Virus record (IMG/VR): IMGVR_UViG_3300032257_000479
Location: 64,001-128,000 of that record
From: a virus
Length of the DNA: 64,000 nt
Reading direction: 5' to 3' (one strand)
A program made the translations under genes and the position numbers. The notes beneath the pieces are model-generated. The model did no database searches and had not been told where the DNA came from. It saw only the letters and a program-made list of their open reading frames with translations. This document shows positions 9,075 through 18,270 of the stretch, one piece after another (position 1 is the stretch's first letter; every line of letters starts with the position of its first letter).

Positions 9075-10088
9075 TTAACTTCCTGACCCGTTTTTAAATA
9101 AGTGCCTGAACCATCTAGATCGACCACCCGGCAATGTATATTCAGGAGTAACAACGGCTTTCGTTAAACCAACATATGATCCAAACTTTTTCTGTTCAAG
9201 AAGAGCCCTAAAGTCTTCTTCGAAATTTTTCTTAAGAGTTTCAAGTTGAGCGAACGCATTTTTAGCATTTTCTGGCCCACCGAATACTTCTTGAGGCTCT
9301 TGGAATTGAAGACACATAAGCAAGTGCCTTATTGCGTCCCTTGCTGCTCCGTAAAGAGTGTGAGGAATATACATATCTGGAACAGAGTATAAATTATGAC
9401 CGCTAACAGGGGGATAGTTGTTTACAGTACTTACTGCATTCTGCAAAAATCTATCAAGTTCTGCATCATCAAACCACCTAAAGTTATAATCCATATTAAC
9501 TGTATCATAATCAGTTAAAAGGTTTTCAAAAATAACTTTTCCTTTAAAGTAGTTTATTGTAGCCCCCTCTGTTACAGGTTTTCCGTTTAAGTACAAACGA
9601 GTCATCATATTCTGATTCCATCTTGGAAAATTAAAACTCACAGTCTGATTGTCTGCTTCTATTATCCCCTGTTCATCGTAAACTGGTATAGCTTGAGCAC
9701 ATGACAAGTGAACTGTTAATGCCATTCTTATAGCTGAAAGACGATCCGAATATAATGAATTTGTTAACGTTCCACTTCTAGCCGCAACTATTACTTGTTG
9801 AACTTCAGTGTATGTTACGCTATCTATAACATATGACCATGTCACAGTATATGTTCCTGCGCTTTGATCTAAAGCAACCTGCCAGTCATGTATATAAAAT
9901 CCATTAACAACCTTTTCTGGTATTCCGGAAAAAATTGATTCATCTAATTCATCTATTATATCTATTGTTATGGTTTCAGGATCGGTTGCCTGTCCCTCAA
10001 ATGTCGTAAGTCGCAAAAACAAAGTGGATGTTTGGTTTTGCTCAAACGTTCCTCTGTAATCTGCAATTGATTGAATCGGGTTAGCCAT
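9075..10088 (-). CDS. neck/adaptor-like virion protein with N-terminal Ig-like domain
   Basis: GTYTVTWSY Ig-like strand; F.D.EL..FL..A...VN..PP adaptor-like helix. Confidence 0.55.
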   Translation of the reverse strand: MANPIQSIADYRGTFEQNQTSTLFLRLTTFEGQATDPETITIDIIDELDESIFSGIPEKVVNGFYIHDWQVALDQSAGTYTVTWSYVIDSVTYTEVQQVIVAARSGTLTNSLYSDRLSAIRMALTVHLSCAQAIPVYDEQGIIEADNQTVSFNFPRWNQNMMTRLYLNGKPVTEGATINYFKGKVIFENLLTDYDTVNMDYNFRWFDDAELDRFLQNAVSTVNNYPPVSGHNLYSVPDMYIPHTLYGAARDAIRHLLMCLQFQEPQEVFGGPENAKNAFAQLETLKKNFEEDFRALLEQKKFGSYVGLTKAVVTPEYTLPGGRSRWFRHLFKNGSGS

Positions 10089-10089
10089 G

Positions 10090-10743
10090 CTATGTTATCC
10101 TTATATTGCTTGTTCCGCCAGAGCTTCCTCTTGGGCCAATTACTGGCGATGATGTATTGGGTAATTCTGTTTGATTGGTTGATAAGCCATTTATTAAAGA
10201 GATTATTTGATCAACCTTACTATCAGTTAGTTCCAGTTGGTCTTGAAGCTCAGACAATCCTTCTACATTATTTTCTATCGTAATATATGGATCTGGACAC
10301 TCAAGATCAATATCAAGATCCGTCAATGTTCTTTCTGCATTTTCCCAAACATCTTGAGCTGTAAGAGTTGTTCCTGCAACTGATTGACATCCACAAATAT
10401 CAACTTCTTGCTCACCGTCCCAATAAAACGCCATAGTACCAACCAGTGTGTCTGATTCTCTATCTGGTCCGCTACCAAGCAATCTAAAGACTTCTATGAG
10501 ATAAAAGTCTCCATTTGAGGTTTCAGGTATTGACGATAAATCCGTTATACTGTAACTATAATACCCTTTTCTTACACTATTTTCGCTTAATATTATCTGA
10601 AAATCCGACTGAGAAGAAAGGCTAATTGTGTCAAATAATCCAGATGTTGGATTAAATGCTTTAATTTTATTTGTTGCGCTAAATAAGTTTGCATAAATAT
10701 TCAGACCCGTATTGTCATTAAAACTTATTTCTAGCATAAACAC
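10090..10743 (-). CDS. putative virion structural protein
   Basis: 217 aa; TAQDVWEN..RTLT repeat-type motif seen in phage fibre proteins; short coiled coil. Confidence 0.55.
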   Translation of the reverse strand: MFMLEISFNDNTGLNIYANLFSATNKIKAFNPTSGLFDTISLSSQSDFQIILSENSVRKGYYSYSITDLSSIPETSNGDFYLIEVFRLLGSGPDRESDTLVGTMAFYWDGEQEVDICGCQSVAGTTLTAQDVWENAERTLTDLDIDLECPDPYITIENNVEGLSELQDQLELTDSKVDQIISLINGLSTNQTELPNTSSPVIGPRGSSGGTSNIRIT

Positions 10744-10784
10744 TTATTCCTTATGTTATGGCAAAAAACCTTGTAAATATTAAT

Positions 10785-10916
10785 CTATTCCGGGATAGGA
10801 CTCGGAGTTGGACCAGGAGTTGGGCTCGGAGTTGGAGTTGGAGTTGGAGTTGGAGTTGGAGTTGGAGTTGGGGTTGGAGCCGGAGACGAAATTATTTTTG
10901 TTGACCACCACGGCAT
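10785..10916 (-). CDS. 43-aa Pro/Thr-repeat peptide (unannotated)
   Basis: MPWWSTKIISSPAPTPTPTPTPTPTPTPTPSPTPGPTPSPIPE; ATG overlaps the upstream TAA (TAATG). Confidence 0.65.
   Translation of the reverse strand: MPWWSTKIISSPAPTPTPTPTPTPTPTPTPSPTPGPTPSPIPE
10827..10878. repeat. hexamer tandem repeat (GGAGTT)n encoding Pro-Thr on the minus strand
   Basis: Visible in the sequence, with synonymous variants. Confidence 0.9.
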
Positions 10917-11287
10917 TATGTTAAAGTTCCTAAAATTGTTATTTGCAATTCCAATGCAGAAGAATTGCTTGTAACAATAAGTGTCAATGATTCTCCTCCA
11001 GCCCAGGTATCAGCCCCAGTTGATGCAGTATTAGCTTCAGTTGAAGTAACAGATAGGGCAGACCAGCTAGTTACGCTTGTTCCATCTATCTCAACATTCA
11101 AGGTGCAAGTTCCTGATAGTGTCTTATAGTAAATAGTATCCAATGAGCCAGCTAAAGGCATATAAAGTTCCACTCTATATGTTTTATTTTCCGCCTCCTC
11201 TATCAGGTAGCTTAACTTAACTGAATTAAGTTTATCTTGTATGCCTGGTGGCAATCCGCCTAAATTTGCTGCTGTTGAATTTGCCAT
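10916..11287 (-). CDS. small beta-sandwich virion protein
   Basis: 123 aa, Thr/Ser-rich; resembles the C-terminal domain of 12359..14671. Confidence 0.6.
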   Translation of the reverse strand: MANSTAANLGGLPPGIQDKLNSVKLSYLIEEAENKTYRVELYMPLAGSLDTIYYKTLSGTCTLNVEIDGTSVTSWSALSVTSTEANTASTGADTWAGGESLTLIVTSNSSALELQITILGTLT

Positions 11288-11297
11288 AACTGTTTAT

Positions 11298-12356
11298 TTA
11301 AAGTACGTGAAATACTCTCCTTGGAGGGGTATTACTCCAAGTACCCCAAAATGTTGATTGACTACTTCCTTGATCAAACTCTTGATTTATTTCTGCGAGA
11401 GATAAAACTGAATCCGCTATCATGAACTCGCACATTTTGCCATCCATAATTCGAGTTGCATCACCTTTGCCGCCAAGAGCAAGGTCATCATTTGTAGTAG
11501 ATATCTCAGTTAAACCAGCAACCTCTGAAGTTGTCCCACTAAGCGCTCCATCTACAAACGATGCCATTTGAGGATTTGGGGAAAAGCCAGCATCAAAGCG
11601 AACTGCTACATGATACCATGTTCCAGTAGACAGGCTTGCATTAGCGCTATATTTTACCCCTGAATATTGTCCGCCTGAGTCTGTTACCATATAACCCATT
11701 CTGTCGTTTACTCCATTTGTATCATACCACATTCCAAAAGGACGACTCCCTCCATGATTGCCATCCCAAAGTATTCCGCCATCTGCATCTGTGTCAACAT
11801 TTATCCAAACCATAACAGTCGCTGTAGTCAATCCGCTCAGAACGTGAGGTATGTAAATACTATCATCAGAGCCATCCCAATCAGTTGCCGCTCCTGTTTG
11901 TCCTGTTGCTCCGCCCGCAGTAATGCCTCCAATAAAAGACAAAGCATCATTACCATTTGAGGTTCTATCCGTTCCGCCTGCATCTGGATAATATATTTGG
12001 AAATCGGATTTATAAGCATTATCGCTACCATATGTATCGGAAGTTGCATAGGAGGTATTTCCTGAAAATGGAGGATAAATCCTTACCGTCCTATCTGATT
12101 TTGTTCCAAGAGTTCCCGACCACTTTACCCGCAACCAGCCCGTCTCTGCTGAATCATCAAAATCAATCCAATCTGTAGCTAGTTCTGTTCCATCAGAATT
12201 CTTAGCGGCTCGGCCCTTTGTTCCGTCGCTTGTGTTTACCTTGGCCCACCATGCTGATGTCATTCTAGAAAGATCAATTAATAAAGAAAAATCAGTAAGA
12301 GCCGCTGATGGAGCTATACATGACTGCGTATCATATGTTGTTCTTGGTAATGCCAC
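11298..12356 (-). CDS. LamG/concanavalin A-like lectin domain protein with DUF2341-like N-terminus
   Basis: WDGSDDSI, TVMVWIN, TGTWYHVAV, FVDG, MDGK..E..I.D..LS..EI. Confidence 0.85.
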   Translation of the reverse strand: MALPRTTYDTQSCIAPSAALTDFSLLIDLSRMTSAWWAKVNTSDGTKGRAAKNSDGTELATDWIDFDDSAETGWLRVKWSGTLGTKSDRTVRIYPPFSGNTSYATSDTYGSDNAYKSDFQIYYPDAGGTDRTSNGNDALSFIGGITAGGATGQTGAATDWDGSDDSIYIPHVLSGLTTATVMVWINVDTDADGGILWDGNHGGSRPFGMWYDTNGVNDRMGYMVTDSGGQYSGVKYSANASLSTGTWYHVAVRFDAGFSPNPQMASFVDGALSGTTSEVAGLTEISTTNDDLALGGKGDATRIMDGKMCEFMIADSVLSLAEINQEFDQGSSQSTFWGTWSNTPPRRVFHVL

Positions 12357-12358
12357 TA

Positions 12359-14671
12359 TTAATCTCTCGTAAACTCTATTGTTATATTTATTTCATCAAC
12401 ACTTCCTGATTGAGCCGTGGTTTCTAGCCAAACCCACGATCCTGCAGGAATAGTTTCGTCATTAAAAGATGTAACCTCAGAACCAGTTGTTGTGCTTGTT
12501 GTAGTTGTGCCGCTAGTTACAACTTCTGCTCCTGTAGCGTTTCTGTCGCTATTATGGCGTATGGTCCAAGTGACTGATGGGGTAGAAGTTCCCTTTAAAA
12601 CGGCATTCATTTGAGTGACAGTTATAGCGTCATCCGTAAAAAACATTGTTACATCTTCACTCGCTCCTGGACTTTCCAATCCAATAGATTTTAAATATGG
12701 AACTACAATCGCTTCTGTGTAAAATGTTGGTCTATATGGTAAAACGTGAACAGTATTTGCATCTTCTATATAAACCAATGGATTACTATAATTGTCTGAT
12801 GGTTCAGTAGAAGTAAGCAATCCTGCTGTTATATCAGATACAAAATAATATTCTCCAACAGTTAACCCATGAGCTGTCACTGTTACTCTGCCTGCTTGAG
12901 CTAACTCGTAATCATCTGTTGCTTTTGAAACAACAATATGTGTTCCCAGCGTATCAGGATCGTCTGCTTGAGCCTTTTGCCAGTCTGATCCATCGTGGTA
13001 AACGGCATCCATAACAGCAAGCGTTGGAGAAGCTTGATTTAAATCAAATTTTACATCCGAACCGCCAGGAGCTGTTCCTGTTAGCTCTGAATAATCTACC
13101 TGCTCGCAAGTTAAAATACCTGATCCATCAGACTTCCAAACACCAGTGTCTACTATGCCTTCAGGTAATGTCCAGTACGTGTTTGCTGTTACATTGACAG
13201 GAGCCTCTAATCCTATCTCAGCGCTCCCATTATCTTGAGCTTCCCTGAAAACCATAAGACCGGCAAGTGCATCAGATGTATTTATAATTGCCGCCTTCGC
13301 CGCAAAAACAGACCACTGAGCAGTCCCTGTGAATGAAACAATATCTGCCGATACTTCTGCTGAAGAAAACACTCCAGAAATTGTTTGTCCAAAAAATAAG
13401 GCTTCTCCATCATGAGAGAGAGCTGTTGTTTGCTGAGCCCCCAATATACCTGTATGAGTTCCCCTCCAAAGACCAGAGCTTGTATCATTGACAAATGAGT
13501 GACTTGGCAATAGCTCTGTCCCATCCGCTAAAAGAATTGTATCTGATTCTTTATAGTATGTTCCAAAATCAGAAATATGACTTTCAGTTAATGGAGTATT
13601 AATCCAAGAGTCAACAGAACCCCCAACATAAACAAGAAAATCGTTATCCGAAGCAGAAGTTACTGTTATATCTGAAATATTATCAGTTGTCACAGTTCCT
13701 GTTAATTCCGAATAATCTACTTTTTCGCAAATAAGCGTTCCTGATGCATTAGACTTCCAAACGCCATCTTCTACAGAATCTGGAGGCATTAACCATACCT
13801 GGTTTGAGGACAAGGAATTAGGCGATCTTAGCCTTATTGCTGATGATCCGTTATTGGTTGCTTCAAGCAGTTCTAGCGTTCCGCCTGTAGATGATGAAGA
13901 ATTTTCAGCAGATATTTTTGCTCCAATAAATTTACAGGAGCTTGTTGTTGTTACTTCAAAGTTTGCAAGAGTCCCTATATTTACATCTGGATTTATTGCA
14001 AGATTTGGAAGCGTGCACTCTATTGCGGCTTTCCCTCCTGCGACAAAAACAATTGTATCTTGTCCAGAATAATATATTCCATTGTTGGTATCAGAAGCAA
14101 AAGCAAAGCCTGGAGCAGCTATTGTTCCATCCGCTGCAAGAATTGTGTCACCAGATTCATATCTTAAACCTAAAGCTGTATCTATTCCAGACAAGTGGCC
14201 TGAAACGTCCCCAGAAGATGGGGTATATTCTGATATGCCAAACGGTAAAGCGCTTGCTCCGGTCCCCCCTCTCAATATCCCCAATGTTCCGCTTGTTATG
14301 TCTCCTGTTGAATGACTGTGAGAGAGCGCGGCAAGGCCAGCCTCAATTGCTGTTTGATTTATCCAGTCACCTGATCCATTATCGTAAGCTAGAATCTCAT
14401 TATCCGCAGGCGTTCCGGTTATAATCACATCAGTCAAGCCATCAAGAGTTGAAGAACCGCCTGCTGGAGTTGACCAAATAAATGCGCTTGTGGCTGTATC
14501 CCATTCTAAAACTTCTCCATCAGCAGGAGTTGCAACAGGCAAAACAAGAGAATAACTTGAAGTTATTGTCGTTGGAGCGCTAACAGAAACAGTATTAGAG
14601 CCTGAATCCTCTAATACGAGAACCCCCTCATTCGTTAGCTTTATATCTGTTAAAAAATCTCTAGAAGCCAT
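12359..14671 (-). CDS. tail fibre-like protein with internal duplication
   Basis: LDGLTDV.I...ADNEIL.YD....WIN fibre motif; duplicated block ending VDYSELTGT. Confidence 0.75.
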   Translation of the reverse strand: MASRDFLTDIKLTNEGVLVLEDSGSNTVSVSAPTTITSSYSLVLPVATPADGEVLEWDTATSAFIWSTPAGGSSTLDGLTDVIITGTPADNEILAYDNGSGDWINQTAIEAGLAALSHSHSTGDITSGTLGILRGGTGASALPFGISEYTPSSGDVSGHLSGIDTALGLRYESGDTILAADGTIAAPGFAFASDTNNGIYYSGQDTIVFVAGGKAAIECTLPNLAINPDVNIGTLANFEVTTTSSCKFIGAKISAENSSSSTGGTLELLEATNNGSSAIRLRSPNSLSSNQVWLMPPDSVEDGVWKSNASGTLICEKVDYSELTGTVTTDNISDITVTSASDNDFLVYVGGSVDSWINTPLTESHISDFGTYYKESDTILLADGTELLPSHSFVNDTSSGLWRGTHTGILGAQQTTALSHDGEALFFGQTISGVFSSAEVSADIVSFTGTAQWSVFAAKAAIINTSDALAGLMVFREAQDNGSAEIGLEAPVNVTANTYWTLPEGIVDTGVWKSDGSGILTCEQVDYSELTGTAPGGSDVKFDLNQASPTLAVMDAVYHDGSDWQKAQADDPDTLGTHIVVSKATDDYELAQAGRVTVTAHGLTVGEYYFVSDITAGLLTSTEPSDNYSNPLVYIEDANTVHVLPYRPTFYTEAIVVPYLKSIGLESPGASEDVTMFFTDDAITVTQMNAVLKGTSTPSVTWTIRHNSDRNATGAEVVTSGTTTTSTTTGSEVTSFNDETIPAGSWVWLETTAQSGSVDEINITIEFTRD

Positions 14672-14672
14672 A

Positions 14673-17291
14673 TTATCCTATAATTATTGCTTTGTAAGTC
14701 ACTGATGGCGGTTTTGAAAAATTGACTGTTACAGTATTGGAATCAGTTATAACAATCTCTGCTTCTACTTGAACATCTGATGGATTATATATTGCGACAA
14801 CCACATCTGATGTACCCATACTGTGATCTATATCGAAAGTTAACAATGCTCCATTTCCAGCTATTGATGTTGTATCAATGAATTTTCTAGCAACCCTTAA
14901 TGCTATATCTGAATTATCGACAAACCATTCGTTAGCAGTTTCATTGAAGTAAATAAACGCATTTGCTGTTACGCCTCTTTCTACCTCAATACCAGCATCT
15001 ACATCTACACCTGTCGAATTTACAACGATAAAATTATCTTCAACAATAAGATTTTCTGTATTGATTGTTGTTGTAGTCCCTTCTATTAAAAGATCGCCTG
15101 TGACAGTAAAGTTTCCGGTAACAGTGCTCAATGGAGTTCCACCAGAACCGTCAAACGAGGCTATCTGTGAACCGTTTGCTGAAATTCCAACAATGCTTGT
15201 TGCCGCTAAGTACATACCGTTATCTGAATCTGTCGAAAAACTATACGTTGGAGCCGCTGCTGTTCCTGGCCCTGTTCTTAATGGAACATTGGTAACAAGA
15301 TCTGTTGATGATAATGTCATTCTCGTAGAAGCGCTTGCAGGCGTTCCTGTTGGAGCTACTCCAAATTTTAAAGAAGTTCCAGCTCCGCCTGCGCTCCAAG
15401 CTTCATTCGATTCTGCTACGACAAAAGCGCCCTCAGCGGTTGCGCCTGCTGTTGTATGGCCATAGAAGCTAATTGTGCCCAGTTCATCTCCACTAGAAAG
15501 AGGTATTTTTGAAGCCTCCGTACCACGAGATCTTATGAATCTTATATCATTGCTAACTGCTGACGAATTATAATAATGTTCCAGCAAAATAAATTTTTGA
15601 GTATTGCCATCGTTAACAAGATTGAATAGAGCATCAGATGCTCCTGCCCTATCTTTTCCTGAAACAAAACTTGACGTTATGCTAGATAAAACAATATCCC
15701 CATTAGCAAGTTTTATGTCTGTTCCGTCAAACGTGAAATCAGCATCGCTTGTCAAAGTGTCTGAATCGCTCCATGTTGCTACTCTGTTCGTTGCACCTGA
15801 TCCATCGATTCCGCCTGAAGCATCTATAGTTAAAGTTCCAGCTCCGTCATCATAAGTGAGGGTAATATTAGTTCCTTGTGTAAGAAGGGAGTCAACTCTA
15901 TCATCAACTCTTTCGTCTGTGTAATAAAGGTTTGAGCCCTCAGTTAAATCTCCGGTATCAAAACTTGAAAGAGAAACATTTCCTGTTAAAGTGTTTGAGC
16001 CATCAACATAAGTCCAAGTAAGACCTGTTCCATCCTGTATAAGGGCCGACACTCTGTCATCAACTCTTTCGTCTGTAAAATAGAGATTAACTCCCTCAGG
16101 TATGGTTGTTGTTGATATAGTTGCCCAACTTGGATCAGAACCGTCGGATAATATAAATTGACCAACAGAGCCAACAGCAAGGCGAACGGCATTCCCAGAT
16201 GCGTCTTGAACTAATAAGTCTCCCCTTGTTGTTAGGCCAGAAAGATTATCCAATGCCGCTTGTTGCGTTGAAGCTCCTGTTCCGCCATCAGCGATAGCTA
16301 TGTCAGTTCCATTCCAAACACCTGTAGTTATTGTTCCCACAGTTGTTATTTCAGCTTGAAAATTTGCAAATGTCGTCTTTTTATTAGTAGCTATTGCTGT
16401 TATATCCCAGAATGGAACAAAGTCCCCATCGGCTATTGTTGCAACAACGAGAGAATTAATGTCTAAAGACATATCAGTTAAACCAACTGCCAACCCATTA
16501 CCGGCTCCAATATTTATTGTGCTACCTGAAGAGGAAAGACCTACTCCTGCTGTATCAAAATAAGTGCCCAGATCAGTTATGTCAGATTCAACGAGCGGTC
16601 TTTCTTCAAAGCCTTCGCCATCTCTTACTAAAACATCTCCATTATTATCAGTAATAGTGCTAATGATTGGAATATCGCCATCAACATCATTTAAAGTTAC
16701 TATACCCCCAGCAGTTCTTTGTGAAGCAAAAGTATGTCTTCCGCCAATACCTGTTATGGACAAATCATCAAACTGATTAGCCGCTGACCAAAGCTGCGGA
16801 GCATCTAATAATCCTACATTACTAGACAATCTGTCATCATTTATTGTTCCGCTTGTTATATCTTCGCCTGCATGAACATGACTCCCAGAAGCAACAGGTA
16901 TCCAGGCATCAACTGATCCACCAACATATTGAAGTATTTCCCCGTCCGCAGGAGGATCTGACATATCAATAGCATATCCATCTATTTGATTCGCATTAAC
17001 AATCCCTAATCCTGAAAAAGTAAGAGAACCTCCAGAACCAACAGTTAAAGTTTCGGTAGTGTTTGTTGATGTTGTTACACCGGAAAAAGCAACATTAGAT
17101 GCTGCTGCAGAAGACATTGATATCCAAGATGATCCATTATAGAAAAATGGCGTATTAGATCCTGTGTCATAATAAAATTGCCCAGCAACCTCTGTTGCAA
17201 CGCTTGGAGCTGCCCCAAGATTATGAAACACACCAAATTGTATTTCATTCTGGTTTAAATCTATATCTACAAAAAAATCTCTATTTGCCAT
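14673..17291 (-). CDS. tail fibre-like protein
   Basis: GTITTGVWNGT.I..A.GGTGA; EG.NLY.TDERVDDRV twice; G.TTTIN..NL.VEDN.I. Confidence 0.8.
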   Translation of the reverse strand: MANRDFFVDIDLNQNEIQFGVFHNLGAAPSVATEVAGQFYYDTGSNTPFFYNGSSWISMSSAAASNVAFSGVTTSTNTTETLTVGSGGSLTFSGLGIVNANQIDGYAIDMSDPPADGEILQYVGGSVDAWIPVASGSHVHAGEDITSGTINDDRLSSNVGLLDAPQLWSAANQFDDLSITGIGGRHTFASQRTAGGIVTLNDVDGDIPIISTITDNNGDVLVRDGEGFEERPLVESDITDLGTYFDTAGVGLSSSGSTINIGAGNGLAVGLTDMSLDINSLVVATIADGDFVPFWDITAIATNKKTTFANFQAEITTVGTITTGVWNGTDIAIADGGTGASTQQAALDNLSGLTTRGDLLVQDASGNAVRLAVGSVGQFILSDGSDPSWATISTTTIPEGVNLYFTDERVDDRVSALIQDGTGLTWTYVDGSNTLTGNVSLSSFDTGDLTEGSNLYYTDERVDDRVDSLLTQGTNITLTYDDGAGTLTIDASGGIDGSGATNRVATWSDSDTLTSDADFTFDGTDIKLANGDIVLSSITSSFVSGKDRAGASDALFNLVNDGNTQKFILLEHYYNSSAVSNDIRFIRSRGTEASKIPLSSGDELGTISFYGHTTAGATAEGAFVVAESNEAWSAGGAGTSLKFGVAPTGTPASASTRMTLSSTDLVTNVPLRTGPGTAAAPTYSFSTDSDNGMYLAATSIVGISANGSQIASFDGSGGTPLSTVTGNFTVTGDLLIEGTTTTINTENLIVEDNFIVVNSTGVDVDAGIEVERGVTANAFIYFNETANEWFVDNSDIALRVARKFIDTTSIAGNGALLTFDIDHSMGTSDVVVAIYNPSDVQVEAEIVITDSNTVTVNFSKPPSVTYKAIIIG
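15901..16076. repeat. 20-bp direct repeat TCATCAACTCTTTCGTCTGT at 15901 and 16057
   Basis: Encodes the duplicated TDERVDD fibre repeat. Confidence 0.85.
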
Positions 17292-17313
17292 GACTGTTAC
17301 CTCTGCATATTAT

Positions 17314-18270
17314 TTATGTACAATATACTTTTCCTGTTATTGCTGAATTTGATCTAATAAACAATTGGTTTATTGTCGTATGCTCTACCTCTACCATTAT
17401 TTCTGTATCTGTTGAATCTGTTACCATGACAGAAGGGAAACGGCCCAAATTGTGATCTATCTGCCAATCTGTTGAAGCTATTCCTTGAGCATGTTCATAT
17501 CCGGAATTTAAAATTTTCCAGTTTGCTGAATCTGAAGTAAAATCAGAGGCATGAGAAGTATGGCTTGAAGTGCAAACATATATCCCGTTCATAAATGACA
17601 CATCTCCATATGACGAATCCTTATCAATAAAAACCAAATCAGAAACCGTGTAATTTGTACTTACCTGCCATTCTACTATACCTCCAACTTGTCTTGCTGT
17701 TACATTATGCGGGTTTGACTCATTCGATATGTGATCCTGAATAGTGTCGCCTATATACAAATAAACATACATAGTCCCTGTTGATCCAAGATTGAGATCA
17801 TCCTCAGATGTCACAACGGAAGCAAATGGATCGAAAAACCAGTCCGATGAATCTGTTGCAAATATTTCGCTTGAGTTATCAAATAATCTTGGGCTATATC
17901 CACCTAAATTGTTCAATAAAACCCCTGAGCTATTGAAGAAAAATGGCACAACAAAAGTTGTGTCTCCAACTGGAGTGCTCGCAACTCCGCCTCCAAAAAA
18001 ACCTGAATAACCAGCCGGAAAGTAGCCTCTATAAGATTTTCCATTAGAAGTAGCATCTAAAACAAGATCAATTTCCAATACCTCAACTATGCCATCGGAA
18101 ACAGCGGTTGCGGGAGCTGAATTTATTTCTTGTCCAATTATTTGATTCGCGGAAATAGAAATCTGAGAGGCTACGCTTTCATTTGCAGGCTGCTTTGTGT
18201 TGCCTGAATGAATTTTTCCAAACAGTTTTTTGAGGGCGATGAATCGTTCAGATTGTGATGTTAAAGCCAT
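17314..18270 (-). CDS. virion structural protein with carbohydrate-binding-like and C-terminal adaptor domains
   Basis: H.SN.SNPHNVTA.QVG; W..ST.Y...DLV..IY.C...HTS; W.IDHNLG.FPSV.V.D. Confidence 0.65.
   Translation of the reverse strand: MALTSQSERFIALKKLFGKIHSGNTKQPANESVASQISISANQIIGQEINSAPATAVSDGIVEVLEIDLVLDATSNGKSYRGYFPAGYSGFFGGGVASTPVGDTTFVVPFFFNSSGVLLNNLGGYSPRLFDNSSEIFATDSSDWFFDPFASVVTSEDDLNLGSTGTMYVYLYIGDTIQDHISNESNPHNVTARQVGGIVEWQVSTNYTVSDLVFIDKDSSYGDVSFMNGIYVCTSSHTSHASDFTSDSANWKILNSGYEHAQGIASTDWQIDHNLGRFPSVMVTDSTDTEIMVEVEHTTINQLFIRSNSAITGKVYCT

Noticed and set aside
10800-10880. Repeat tract as a CRISPR array or telomere-like repeat
   Set aside because: No spacers; explained by Pro-Thr codons of a small ORF
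12359-17291. Diversity-generating retroelement target in the fibre genes
   Set aside because: No reverse transcriptase and no adenine-variant template/variable repeat pair visible in the window
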